DNA of 64,000 nt from Armatimonadota bacterium (lineage in GTDB: Bacteria; Armatimonadota; SYMT01). Below are positions 38,463-48,414 of this stretch, in pieces. The DNA lies in assembly GCA_041690135.1 (NCBI GenBank), contig JAWLHY010000005.1, forward strand, positions 371,261 through 435,260, read 5' to 3'. Every line of letters starts with the position of its first letter. The stretch's first letter is position 1. The notes beneath the pieces were generated by a model. The model had not been told where the DNA came from and did not search any database. It worked only from the letters and a program-made list of their open reading frames with translations. The translations under genes were made by a program, and so were the position numbers.

Positions 38463-39692
38463 ATGAGCGCTGATCCATTGTTTACGGCCAACTATCTCCT
38501 CCAACACGCCACCGACATCATTCGACGGTGGGCCGTGCGCGTCCGTGCCGAAATCCCGGCTTCGCGCGATCAGCAGCCTCTGGTCCTCCAGAACAACCTC
38601 GAACAGTTTCTCGGCGAGGTGGCGTGGGCCCTCGCTCCTAACGCGGAGCCCCGGACGTTGATCGCCGGCCGAACGCTCTCCGAAGACCACGGCGGCCACC
38701 GGGCACGGCTGTCCGAGTACGACATCGGCGCGGTTTTCCTGGAGTACCGGGTGCTGCGCCAGACGATCCTGGAAGTGCTGGACGAAGAGCGTCCGCTGTC
38801 GCCGGAGGAGCGGGAAACCGTCAACACGGCCCTGGAGCGCGCGGTACAAGACGCGGTGAGCCAGTTCGCCCAGGTGCATCAAGACGCGGAGCGGGACCGG
38901 GCCGACCAGACCCAACGCGTGGCCGCGGAGCTACGCTCTGCCTATGAGCGGGAGCGCCGGATTGCGCAGGTGCTGCAGCGCCCCCTGCGGGTCGAGGTCG
39001 CCGAAGATGCCGTGGAGGGGCTTTCCCTCGCCACGTGTTACGAACCCGCCCGGGAAGAAGCCGAGGTCGGCGGCGACTTCTTCGACGTCGTTCCCTTGGC
39101 CGGTGGCCGGGTCGCGCTGGCGGTGGGCGACACGTGCGGAAAGGGCCTTGAAGCGGCCGTCCACAATACCCATGTGAAGGACGTGCTCCGCGCCTTTCTG
39201 AGAGAGAGCCCGGAGGCCCCGGGCGCCGTTCTGACCCGCCTCAATAACGTGGTCTGCGACGTGTTGGCCGAGGACGCGGAGATGGAAGCCCGGTTCGTCG
39301 TGCTGGCGCTGCTGATCCTGGAGCCCGCTTCCGGTGAGGGCCTCTACAGTGCGGCGGGAGCCGAGCCGCTCCTCCTGGTACGGTCCGAAGGGGAGACGGA
39401 AGTCGTGGAATTACCCGCCCTCCCGCTGGGTATCCAACCCGACGTGGGCTACGAAAGTACGCCTGTGCGCCTGGAACGGGGAGATACGGCTGTTCTCGTC
39501 ACCGACGGGCTCACCGAGGCGCGAAACGGCCGCGAGCTGTTGGGGTATCCGGCAATGACGGAACTCGCGAGGCAGGCACTGCGGGCGCCGACGGTGCACG
39601 AAGCCAGCCGGAAGCTTCTGGCCGGAGTCCGTGCGTTCGCCGACGGTCGGCTGTCCGACGACGCCTGTTTGATCCTGGCGCGTCGCCGGTAA
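38463..39692 (+). CDS. SpoIIE/RsbU-type PP2C phosphatase with RsbRD-N-like sensor domain
   Basis: HGGHR..EYRVLRQTI (N-domain); VGGDFFD, VGDTCGKG, VTDGLTEAR, SDDAC. Confidence 0.88.
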   Translation: MSADPLFTANYLLQHATDIIRRWAVRVRAEIPASRDQQPLVLQNNLEQFLGEVAWALAPNAEPRTLIAGRTLSEDHGGHRARLSEYDIGAVFLEYRVLRQTILEVLDEERPLSPEERETVNTALERAVQDAVSQFAQVHQDAERDRADQTQRVAAELRSAYERERRIAQVLQRPLRVEVAEDAVEGLSLATCYEPAREEAEVGGDFFDVVPLAGGRVALAVGDTCGKGLEAAVHNTHVKDVLRAFLRESPEAPGAVLTRLNNVVCDVLAEDAEMEARFVVLALLILEPASGEGLYSAAGAEPLLLVRSEGETEVVELPALPLGIQPDVGYESTPVRLERGDTAVLVTDGLTEARNGRELLGYPAMTELARQALRAPTVHEASRKLLAGVRAFADGRLSDDACLILARRR

Positions 39693-39729
39693 CGCGGCGT
39701 GAGCATTCTTTGGCTGGTGCGAAAAGCAC

Positions 39730-40030
39730 TGATTGCCGCTGAGAAAGTCGAGTCGGTGTACGTCTCCGCCTACGTCAAGAGTCGGACCACAAGCGACGAT
39801 TCGACTTGGCGCCTCTCGAGGACATCGATGCAGCAGCACATGTTGCCCTGCGGATGATGTTCAGTTGCCTCGCGGATGAAGGTGTCGTCGGCTACAATCC
39901 CGCTCGTGAGGTCAAGACTGAGAAGGTGCGCCGGCTGGTGGGCATCACGCCATCTTTCGAAGACGATGTCGATGTAGTGCGTCTGCTGGAGAGCTTCGAC
40001 ACCTCGCACCCCAAGGGTGTGGAGGTCCTG
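39730..40030 (+). pseudogene. tyrosine recombinase N-terminal fragment
   Basis: YVSAYV and H.ALRMMFSCL..NPAREVKTEK..GITP..RLLESFDTS resemble an integrase core-binding region. No catalytic domain follows. Confidence 0.6.
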
Positions 40031-40214
40031 CCGGTTAACGGGATCCCCTCTCATTCGCTGCGCCTTGGAATGCTTCCGCTGCTACTCCGCCCAGCGCACG
40101 GAAGATGTCAGCCCATCAAGTCAGGGACAGTCCCTCGGGACCAGGTAAACGGTTTTCGGAACGAGGAAGATCCGCACTGCATCGAGGCGGAGTAACCGCC
40201 TCCGGTAAGCTGGT

Positions 40215-40487
40215 TCAGTTCCGGTCGGTGAACCAGCCGTCGCTGCCGCCGTCCTGGTCCGGGCGGGCGTATAGGTCGTCCTCGTCGTCCCAGAGCCGGT
40301 CGCGCTCCGCGTCGAACTCTTCCTGGGTGCGGCAGTGCCAGAGGTGGACGTTCACGCGGTCCGGGTGGAAGCGCTGGTCCAGGCTTTCGAGGAAGGCGTC
40401 CGACTCGTATGGGAACGGTGCGGCTTCCCGGTTCCGCGCCTCCTGGGCGGCGCGGATCTCCGGTTTCAGTTCGCGAGTGGGGTCCAC
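40215..40487 (-). CDS. small acidic hypothetical protein
   Basis: Strong AAGGAG RBS before GTG; 90 aa with coding-like composition. Confidence 0.55.
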   Translation of the reverse strand: MDPTRELKPEIRAAQEARNREAAPFPYESDAFLESLDQRFHPDRVNVHLWHCRTQEEFDAERDRLWDDEDDLYARPDQDGGSDGWFTDRN

Positions 40488-40693
40488 GGCGGTCTCCTTC
40501 TCTCCTCTCCACTTCGGCCACTATAGTCCGAGGGTCCGGGGTTGTCCATTGCGGTGCTGATTGGCAGGCACCGCGACGCGGGCCTGGCGCAGAGCAGGCA
40601 GTCGGACACGAATTGCTTGCATCCCCCACTTCCCGCTGCGGGTGCGATGCCGGCGCAGCGGGAAGTGGAGAAATGCGGATTCCGTGGCGGCTC

Positions 40694-42994
40694 TCACCTC
40701 TTGCCATTGTGGGGAGTGTCCCGCAACTTCAGTACGAAGGCATCCGGTTCCCCCTGGATCATGGGGTCCGTTACCCCATTGAAGGTCGTATCGAACGCGT
40801 TCCCGGTCGTCGGGAAATCGCTCGAGTTGGTGCGCCCCGTCACGTAGATGCCGCGGACATGATCCACGGCGATGGCAAGCCCCTCTTCGTTGTTGTTCCC
40901 CCCGAAAAAGCTCGAGTGGAGCAGCGCGGAGCCGTTGGCGTTCAGGCTCGTGACGTAGGCATCGCTGTGATCGCCGTTGAAGCTGGGGTCCACAGCGTTT
41001 GGCGTCGTCGGGAAATTCTCGGAATCGGTCCATCCCGTCATGTGAGCTCGACCGAGACGATCCACCGCAATCGCCAGGCCCAGTTCGCTGCCGCTGCTGC
41101 CTACATAGGTGGAATACACCAACGCCGTCCCGGCGAAGTTCAGTTTCGTCACGAACGCGTCGTTGGACCCGCCGTTGTAGACGGCATCGAAGGCGCCCGG
41201 AGTTGTCGGAAACGCCGCGCTGGCCCACCCGGTGACGTAGGCGTGTCCCAGTGGGTCGACCGCGATCCCGAAGCCCTGATCGAAGAACGGTCCGCCCAAA
41301 AAGGTCGAGTAAACGAGGGCCGTGCCGGTCGCATTCAGCTTCGTCACGAACGCATCCTGCTCAGATCCGTTGAGGCTCGTGGCAAAGGCGCCCGGGGTAA
41401 CGGGGAAGTCGGGGGATCGGGTGAACCCCGTAACAAAAGCCTGCTCGTTCCCGTCGAGGGCAATGCTCGTACCCGCTTCGGTCAGTTCGCCTACCAGGCT
41501 GCTGTCGGTGCCGCCCAGGTAAGTAGAGTAGACGAGCGCAGATCCGGTCGCATTCAACCGGGCGACGAATCCGTCGGTGATACCGGTGAGACTCGTGTCG
41601 AAGGCCCCGGTGGTCGTGGGGAAGTCCACGGACCCGGTGAACCCCGTCAAATACGCGTTCCCGGACCGATCCACGGCAATTCCCCGGCCTTCATCGGCAA
41701 CGCTGCCGCCCAGGTAAGTGGAATAGAGCAGGGCCGAGCCGTTCGCATTCAGCTTCGCAACGAATGCATCGTTGAGGCCGTTGAGGCTTTGATCGAACGC
41801 GCCCGGGGTGGTAGGGAAGTCGGCGGATCCGGTAAACCCCGTCACGTAGGCCCGGCCCGTGAAATCCACCGCAATCTCCAGCCCTTCTTCAGAGGCGCTG
41901 CCGCCCAGGTAAGTGGAGTAAAGCAGGGTCGAGCCGGCGGTGTTCAACTTACTCACAAACACCTCGGATCCCGCGTTGTATCCTGGGTCGAAAGCTCCCG
42001 GCGTGGCGGGGAAGTCTACCGAGTTGGTCGCGCCGGTCATATAGGCCCGTCCGGCCCGATCGACCGCGATCCCCTCCCCTTTATCCAGAGTGGTTCCACC
42101 CAGGAAAGTGGAGTAGCTCAGTACCGGGTCGATGACCAGGGGTCGGCCGGCATCATACTGCGCAACTTCGAACCCCACGTTCGGCTGGCTCTCCCGCGTG
42201 GCGGCTTCCGGGACGTGGTTATCGGCGGACGCGGCCGTCCCGGCGGGAAGCAGGAGGTAGCGGCCGGCCACCTCGCGGCGCACCCCCGCCACTTCCTGGT
42301 AGAGGCACGGCTTGCGCTGGCGGACCTTGCCGTCCGGAGTGTGCAGCACCAGATCGCCGCCGGGTTCCACTTCCAGCTTTTCCGCGCCGGCGAAAGAAAG
42401 CCGGATCTGCCCCGGATCGGCGCCGGGCGCGACCACGAAGTCATATTCCAGCTCGCGCTGGTTGCCGTAGTAGACCAGGTCCACGCCGGGATAGACGCCG
42501 GAGTAGCGCACCCGGCCATACGTCGGAATGTCGGTCCGCCACTGCTGCGGATCTCGACCCGTGAAGTAGTGGACTCGACCGGGCAGGGGCTCCGCCCCCG
42601 TGACCTGCGCTCGGGGCCGGGCTCCCTCCAGCTTCATGCGCAGGACGGTGGGCGGCTGAGTCGCCGTCGCGGCGCGGGGACGCTTCCCGCCGTGGCGCCG
42701 GCGAGCGCTCGCCGGGCGGCGGCGCGGCTGCAGGGCGAGCACGGCTTCGGTGTCGGTCAGGAACAGCGTATAACCGGGCCCGCGCGAGAGGAAGTGCACC
42801 TGCACGTCCGTCTGCCCCCGGTTGGCTTCGAAGCAGAGGGGCAGGCGTCCGTAGGCGGCCTCCATCTCTTCTCCGGTTGCCGTTCCCCGAGGGTGCGAGG
42901 TAGCGGGCTGGCCGGAGCCGGCGAGGGCACTCCCCAAGGCCAGGCCGGATAGTAGAACGACGGTGAGAGACGGGCTCCAACTGTGGGTCAGCAT
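40694..42994 (-). CDS. secreted SBBP-repeat (beta-propeller) protein
   Basis: Signal peptide, FEANRGQ, YPGVDLVYYG..LEYDFVVAPGADP, and repeated YSTYLGG..IAVD..AYVTG..DFPTT..DAFV.KLN. Confidence 0.9.
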   Translation of the reverse strand: MLTHSWSPSLTVVLLSGLALGSALAGSGQPATSHPRGTATGEEMEAAYGRLPLCFEANRGQTDVQVHFLSRGPGYTLFLTDTEAVLALQPRRRPASARRRHGGKRPRAATATQPPTVLRMKLEGARPRAQVTGAEPLPGRVHYFTGRDPQQWRTDIPTYGRVRYSGVYPGVDLVYYGNQRELEYDFVVAPGADPGQIRLSFAGAEKLEVEPGGDLVLHTPDGKVRQRKPCLYQEVAGVRREVAGRYLLLPAGTAASADNHVPEAATRESQPNVGFEVAQYDAGRPLVIDPVLSYSTFLGGTTLDKGEGIAVDRAGRAYMTGATNSVDFPATPGAFDPGYNAGSEVFVSKLNTAGSTLLYSTYLGGSASEEGLEIAVDFTGRAYVTGFTGSADFPTTPGAFDQSLNGLNDAFVAKLNANGSALLYSTYLGGSVADEGRGIAVDRSGNAYLTGFTGSVDFPTTTGAFDTSLTGITDGFVARLNATGSALVYSTYLGGTDSSLVGELTEAGTSIALDGNEQAFVTGFTRSPDFPVTPGAFATSLNGSEQDAFVTKLNATGTALVYSTFLGGPFFDQGFGIAVDPLGHAYVTGWASAAFPTTPGAFDAVYNGGSNDAFVTKLNFAGTALVYSTYVGSSGSELGLAIAVDRLGRAHMTGWTDSENFPTTPNAVDPSFNGDHSDAYVTSLNANGSALLHSSFFGGNNNEEGLAIAVDHVRGIYVTGRTNSSDFPTTGNAFDTTFNGVTDPMIQGEPDAFVLKLRDTPHNGKR

Positions 42995-43159
42995 AACTGG
43001 CCTCCCATTCTTCGCGAGAGAGGAGGGAGGCTGCGCGGGGCAGGACCAGCAAACCCGCCGGTTCTCGCCCGAACACCGGCTCCCCGTGCGCCCTGTTCCC
43101 GTTCGGAGGGGAGATGACACTCGTTTTGTTAGCCTGAGATGCTTTACAGGCGATGCTAC

Positions 43160-43560
43160 GAGCTGGCAGGCGGTGCTGATCGTCCACCACCGGCGTCGCC
43201 TCGGCGAAGGAGCGGCCCTTCACGCCGTCCACCTGCACCCGGATCTCGCCCACGCGCTGGGTGACGGCGTTGATGAGCAGTTTGCGCCCCCGGGGTACGA
43301 TCGCCACCACCGTGAACTCGCCGCGGTCCGGGGCTTCCAGCGCTACCAGGCGGTCCTTCGGCCAGACGGCCTAGCCTTCATCCGCCTTCCGCTGGCCAGG
43401 CGGGTACTTGTGGGGAACGTTGTCTCCCCGGTACGGGAGTGCAAAGCTGCCGTCCGGAAGCTCCAGAAGCTGTGGCGATACCCACACACAGCTGCCGTCC
43501 CACTGGCCGAACGCCTGCGTCTCCAGGAGAATCCCTCTGCAGGAGCGATTGCACGGGTTC
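43160..43560 (-). pseudogene. fragment of a glycoside-hydrolase-like (beta-propeller plus beta-sandwich) gene
   Basis: GQWDGSCV..LPYRG..PHKYP, an in-frame stop, then WPKDRLVALEA..GEFT..LLINA..GEIRV. Family assignment is tentative. Confidence 0.5.
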
Positions 43561-44824
43561 AACGCACATAGATTGGGTTGGAAAAGATCCAGGGTCGTAT
43601 TGTTGCGGCTGGGTTCTTGAGGAGATCCGAGAGACGCCGCACCTGCCCGCGGCGCAATCGTTCCAGGCGGCTGGGGGGATTCTCCTGGGCGTAGACTTCA
43701 ATCCGGTACGCGCCGGGGGTGGTCACCGTCCACTCCAGGCGTTGCCCTTCCGCAACCGTTACTTCCTGGCCGTTGCGGAGTAGACGGATAATCGGGCGAG
43801 GGTGATCCGGGGCCTCCACCTGGAAACGCGCACGCTGTTCCAGGCGCAAGGGTTGCCCCATGATCGCTTGGCGCGCGCCCTCCGTCGCCGTGAAGCGGAA
43901 CCCCGGAGCGGGGGCCACGCGGGGGTAGACGGCGTAGACCCGGCCGTTGCGATACGCATCGTAGATCAGGCGCCGATCCGTTTCGAGGTTCCCCGTCAGC
44001 GCCTGCGGTGTGATGGCATAGGTGCTCACCGACTCAAAGCTCTCCCCGTAGGTGGGTACGCGCAGCACTCGGCCGGCAAGGGGCACCCGCTCGTGGGCGT
44101 CCACGCCGCCGATGCCGACGATCTGTCGTCCGGAGGCCAGCAAGCGGTCCCACTGCTTCCTCTCGCGCTCGACGTCATTGTTGGTGAGGGTCTTCATCAC
44201 ACTGTCGGGGTTGGAGGCGTACCGCTGCGCGAGTTGCAAGAGCCGACGCACGCTCCGGTCCTGGAGCCGCAGTCCGTGCTGCGCGGCCATCAGATCGTCA
44301 TCGACGAGGCTGGCGAGATTGATGATCTCCATGCCCGCGTAACCCTTCACGGACCAGTCTTGCCAGAGCCAGCGTGGCGCCATGGGGTGGGCCAGCAAGG
44401 TGAAGCCGCCCGCGGCGCTGACGCGATCGATCACCTGTTGGGCCTGGTCCGTCTCGAAGGAGAAGCTTTCGGGCAGATCCAGCGCGAGCACATGTCCGGC
44501 ATCCGTGCTGATCTCCGTGCCGACCAGGACCAACAGGTCGCCCCAATAACGCTGATGTCCGTCCTTGAGAGGCTCCAGCGTATTATGGTCCGTGACGATG
44601 ATGTAACTCAGTCCCGCGGCGCGGGCGGCTTCTACGACCTGGGGGAAGGTGCCGCTGCCGTCGGAATACTGGGTGTGAATGTGGACCGCTCCTCGATAGT
44701 GATAGTACTGGGGCGCAACCTGGTTTTGCCCGGCGGCATGCGTGCCGGTGAGGGTAAGAGCGCCGGTAAGCCCCAGGGCCACCACTGAAAGCCGGAAGCG
44801 GAACCGATTGTAGAGAGAATTCAT
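43559..44824 (-). CDS. secreted PHP-family (CehA/McbA-like) metallohydrolase
   Basis: HIHTQYSDG, VTDHN, GTEIS..GH, LAHP, GGVDAH, FSNPIYV. Confidence 0.87.
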   Translation of the reverse strand: MNSLYNRFRFRLSVVALGLTGALTLTGTHAAGQNQVAPQYYHYRGAVHIHTQYSDGSGTFPQVVEAARAAGLSYIIVTDHNTLEPLKDGHQRYWGDLLVLVGTEISTDAGHVLALDLPESFSFETDQAQQVIDRVSAAGGFTLLAHPMAPRWLWQDWSVKGYAGMEIINLASLVDDDLMAAQHGLRLQDRSVRRLLQLAQRYASNPDSVMKTLTNNDVERERKQWDRLLASGRQIVGIGGVDAHERVPLAGRVLRVPTYGESFESVSTYAITPQALTGNLETDRRLIYDAYRNGRVYAVYPRVAPAPGFRFTATEGARQAIMGQPLRLEQRARFQVEAPDHPRPIIRLLRNGQEVTVAEGQRLEWTVTTPGAYRIEVYAQENPPSRLERLRRGQVRRLSDLLKNPAATIRPWIFSNPIYVR

Positions 44825-45357
44825 GCGAGTGCCCGCCGGCAGCGTCGAGAGGAATTGTCCGCTCAGTTTGTCGTATTCCCCATGCTCCTCCAGGTAAACC
44901 CCTCCGGCCGGTGCGGCGGTCTTAGAAACAAACACCGCAAAAGACCCTCTCGACAGGCACCGTATAGGACCGGGGGTGTGCGGTATAGGGGCAAGCAGCG
45001 CCAACGTTGCCACGCCGTGGACCCTCTTGCCTCGCGCCTTCGCTGCACGGGCGGTCGATATCCACGTCTACCAGGGCGACGTTCTTGTGTTGTGGGGCGT
45101 GAACTATGACCAGGGCACGCCAGAACCGCTCCGAGAGTCCCTCCGGGCCGGTTTGGAGGTGGCGGACAACTCGCGGATTGCGATCGATCCGCAGGATCCC
45201 CGGCACGCTAGTCTCAAGGAGAACCTCCGGATTGAGGTGGAGTACCTGGGCGCCGTGAAGACCGATCAACTCCGGTTGACCCGGAATCGCCATCCGATCG
45301 GGAGTGGTTCCTGGCGCCGGGCGGGTGTTGTATGTGTGGGACCTCCACCCGGGATTA

Positions 45358-45525
45358 CTACACGAACTCTAGCCCGAAGAGCTTCGCCCGGGCCATCCGG
45401 AACCGCAGGACGAGCGGCCCTCCGGGGCGTGGCCCAGATCGTTGTTGCCGCTCCAGTCCAGTCGCAGGCGGTGCTGGTCGCCGACCACCGGCGTCGCCTC
45501 GGCGATGGAGCGGCCCTTGAGTGCC
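45358..45525 (-). pseudogene. C-terminal fragment of the same gene family as 43160-43560
   Basis: KGRSIAEATPVVGDQHRL..W, a frameshift, then LRFRMARAKLFGLEFV-stop. Shares 51/55 nt with 43166-43220. Confidence 0.55.
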
Positions 45526-45755
45526 GGAACGCCTCTGCCCCACACGCAGGGACCTTGGTCAAGTTTTCTCCGCGCGTGTGCCGCTTCCTAATCTGCCGGT
45601 GCCGGTCAAAGCTGCTCTTCCTTCCTGCGACTAAACGGCAATGCAGCGGACTCGCCCCATAGGTGAATCGGCGCTCATTCGGCTTCCCACGGCTCCTGCC
45701 CTTTCGTTCCGCGTCCTTCCGTGTGTTCCGCGGGCAAGAGGTTCTGGGATTCGGT

Positions 45756-47141
45756 TTATGGTTCCCAGACCATCCGGAAGCGTGGCCCCTGCTCGCCTTC
45801 CTGCCGAAAGCCAAGGCGTTCGTAGAAAGCACAGGCCGGGTTCACTTTCAGCACCTGGGTGGTCACGCGGCGGTGGCTGGCCCGGGCCCGGCTCTGAAGC
45901 TCCCGGACGATTGCCGTGCCCAGGCCGCGACCCTGGAAGGCCGGGAGGAGGTGCAGGTTCGCCAGGTGCAGCTCCGCTTCGCGCTCCAGCACGCTCACCG
46001 CCCCCGCGAGCTCCGGGCCGGTGGTGATGAGCCGGTGGCGCATCACGTCGAAGCGCGCCAGGAAAGGGCTTTGCTCTTCCGCCGGCATCTCAAGCGCGTC
46101 GAGTGAGCCCTGCAAGGTCTCGCGGCGGAGGCGATAGATGAACCCATAGTCCCGCATCGCGGCCGGTCGGAAGTGAAACTCCAGCGTGCCGGCGCTCCGG
46201 ATCTCCGGCGCGAACGAGGTCTCCCGGTGCTCCAGCAGCCGATAGCTCGTCACCGGTTTCGCTTCCGGCGTGCCGCAGGTGAGCCCGCGCAGCCCCTCCA
46301 ACTCCACCGGCTCCACCCGCAGGGTGTGAAGCGTGTCCTCCCCATCCGCCCCATCCGCCAGGAACGCAGCTTCGGTCACCGTGCCCCGCCGGCGGTGGGA
46401 CCAGAGCCGGTACGCGGCGACGCGGGTTTCTGCCTGGGCCTGCCGCAAGTAATGCTCGGCTGCCTGTGAGGGCGGTGGATAGCAGGCGCGCCCGCGCCAC
46501 CGGGACGGGTACAGCCGCCCCGTCGTCGCGCACTCCAGAAACGCCGCGTGTTCTTCCGGTTCCACGTGCCCGTAGTAGAGCCCCTCCGGAAGACAGACGA
46601 CGTTGGCGGCGAAGCGGTCGCCCCCCACGTGGGACGACTGCCACACGCGGTTCGACTCACTCCGCGCCAGGCTGAGGTAGGTGGGATAGCCGAACTTCGC
46701 GCAGCAGCGGTCGTGCGTGCCGTGGGTGCAGACCAGGAAGAGCGGGCGCGGGTCGCGGTAAGCCTCGTAGCGCTCCTCTTCCGCCAGCACGCCGAACAGG
46801 TCGATCCCCAGCAGGGCCTCGTAGCTCTCCAGTTCGAAGTGGTAGAGGCGCGAGGCGACCTCGTCGGTGACCGCTACGTAGAAGGCGAGCGTCTCCCGCT
46901 GTCCACGCGGCGCTCCCTTGATGAACAACAGGCGGGAGCGAGGTACCGCCTGGAGCACGGGCTGCAGGGCTCGCCCCAGGGTACTGCCGGCCTCGATCGT
47001 GGCCTCCACCTCGTGCGCCCAGGCCCCCCGTACTTCCAGCACCAGCCACAGGTCCACCCGCGAGGCGGTCCCGAACAGGGGCTCCCCCACCCGGCGCGCC
47101 CCGGAAGCGCAAAGCTCCAGTGGTTGCGGTCGGCTAGGCAT
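45756..47141 (-). CDS. sucrase/ferredoxin-like (thioredoxin-fold 2Fe-2S) protein fused to a GNAT acetyltransferase
   Basis: EPLFGTA..WLVLE..GAW, LVCTHGTHDRCCA, WQSSHVGGDRFAAN..LP.G.YYG, WRGR; C-terminal LHLLPAFQGRGLGT..NPACAFYERLGF. Start overlaps the JmjC stop. Confidence 0.88.
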   Translation of the reverse strand: MPSRPQPLELCASGARRVGEPLFGTASRVDLWLVLEVRGAWAHEVEATIEAGSTLGRALQPVLQAVPRSRLLFIKGAPRGQRETLAFYVAVTDEVASRLYHFELESYEALLGIDLFGVLAEEERYEAYRDPRPLFLVCTHGTHDRCCAKFGYPTYLSLARSESNRVWQSSHVGGDRFAANVVCLPEGLYYGHVEPEEHAAFLECATTGRLYPSRWRGRACYPPPSQAAEHYLRQAQAETRVAAYRLWSHRRRGTVTEAAFLADGADGEDTLHTLRVEPVELEGLRGLTCGTPEAKPVTSYRLLEHRETSFAPEIRSAGTLEFHFRPAAMRDYGFIYRLRRETLQGSLDALEMPAEEQSPFLARFDVMRHRLITTGPELAGAVSVLEREAELHLANLHLLPAFQGRGLGTAIVRELQSRARASHRRVTTQVLKVNPACAFYERLGFRQEGEQGPRFRMVWEP

Positions 47142-48339
47142 AACCGAGGAGCCCTTCCCGCAGCAGGCGCCGGACCAGGACCAGCTTTCCGGGTGTATCC
47201 AGCTCATCGGGAAGGTCGGCGGCGCGGAAGGGCTCGGTCCGGGTGCAGAAGGCCACGGAAGCGGCGGCGTAGCCCGGCAACTCCACGGCCTTGCCCTGGA
47301 AAGTGAGCCGCACGCGCTCCCCCTCCGCGCGCAGGCGGAAGAGCACCTCGGGCCGGCGTCGTACCGGGGTGCCGAGATCCAGCTCCGCGAGCTTTTCCGC
47401 GACAAACAGCCGCTCGCCGCTGATCGGCCGGCGCGTGTTGATGAACCGGTCGATCATCCGGTCTACGGCGCGGAGGGCCGCTTCGGGCTGGGTGAGCTCC
47501 GCCGCCAGTTCCGCCAGTTCGGCAGCCAGGGCGGTGCGGTGCTCTTCCGAGGCGGCAAACCCGGGCGGCAGGTTTCGGCGGAACCGCGCGTCGTCCCGGC
47601 ATCCGGCGATTGCCTCGGCGAGCAGGTCCAGCCAGGTGAAGCCGGTCATTCCCAGCGTGACGTGGATCGACCGCTGCCGGGAAGTGAGCGCCTCGTGGAT
47701 GAAGCCGCGCGGCAGGTAGAGGAGGTCGCCCGGTCCCAGGTCCAGCTCGCACAGCAACTGCCCCGCGGGAGCGCCTTCGGACCGGTACCCCTGGGTGCGG
47801 TCCGGCAGCGGGACGGGAGAGTCATACAGGCGCCAGTGCTTGGAGCCGTCGATCTGCAAGATGAACACGTCGTGCGTGTCGTAGTGCGGTGCGAAGCCCT
47901 GCGACTCCGGGGGCGTGACGTAGATGTTGGTCTGGGTGGGATGCGTGAGGACCGCCTCCAGGCTGCGGCACAGCGTGGCGAGCGGAGGCCAACTGCGGTG
48001 CAGACCCTGAAGGATCACGGTCGCGCCGTTCCGGTACTGCTCCACGATGCGGTCCGGGTCCGCCACGCGGCGGCAGGCGCTCCCCGTGCCGGCGGTGGTC
48101 TTCGTGTAATCTGAGAGCGGGAGCGGTTCCCCGGAACGGACGAGCCGGAACTCCGGGTAAGTCATGTCCGAGGTAGTGACCAGCCGGTCGACATCGCCCG
48201 GGGTGAGTAGTGCCTGGTAGTGGTCGGGAACTCCCCGCTGGAGCACGAGTGGCTGCGTCTCCCAGTACTCCTGTAGGAATACCGGGAGCGGCACCGGCGC
48301 CAGCAATCGCTCCAGCGTGAACGCATCGGATGAGGTCAT
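47134..48339 (-). CDS. JmjC/cupin_4 Fe(II)/2-oxoglutarate-dependent hydroxylase (ROX-like)
   Basis: FLQEYWETQPL, NIYVTPP..QGFAPHYDTHDVFILQIDGSKHW, LGPGDLLYLPRGFIHEA (HxD..H triad), C-terminal LVRRLLREGLL. Confidence 0.92.
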   Translation of the reverse strand: MTSSDAFTLERLLAPVPLPVFLQEYWETQPLVLQRGVPDHYQALLTPGDVDRLVTTSDMTYPEFRLVRSGEPLPLSDYTKTTAGTGSACRRVADPDRIVEQYRNGATVILQGLHRSWPPLATLCRSLEAVLTHPTQTNIYVTPPESQGFAPHYDTHDVFILQIDGSKHWRLYDSPVPLPDRTQGYRSEGAPAGQLLCELDLGPGDLLYLPRGFIHEALTSRQRSIHVTLGMTGFTWLDLLAEAIAGCRDDARFRRNLPPGFAASEEHRTALAAELAELAAELTQPEAALRAVDRMIDRFINTRRPISGERLFVAEKLAELDLGTPVRRRPEVLFRLRAEGERVRLTFQGKAVELPGYAAASVAFCTRTEPFRAADLPDELDTPGKLVLVRRLLREGLLGYA

Positions 48340-48350
48340 GGCAGGGTGAC

Positions 48351-48387
48351 AAATAGAAAGCCGCGAGAGCCCGGTGGGCGCCCGCGG
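48351..48387 (-). terminator. GC-rich hairpin plus U-rich tail between the peptide gene and the JmjC gene
   Basis: Minus strand reads ccgcgggcgccc-acc-gggctctcgcgg followed by ctttctattt. Confidence 0.6.
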
Positions 48388-48414
48388 TCTGGGTGTGGTA
48401 GTGAACGGGCGGGG

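Noticed and set aside
39730-40030. Active integrase defining a prophage or ICE
   Set aside because: Short N-terminal remnant without catalytic residues, and no phage or conjugation genes nearby.
40694-42130. Internal DNA repeats in the SBBP gene as a novel repeat array
   Set aside because: Explained by ordinary beta-propeller protein repeats.
40409-42952. Long ORFs antisense to real genes (also 3417-4790, 4862-6514, 7515-8861, 12425-13846, 17342-18775, 26151-28037, 46918-48114, 60609-61820)
   Set aside because: Shadow ORFs expected in high-GC DNA. The opposite strand carries the recognisable protein motifs.
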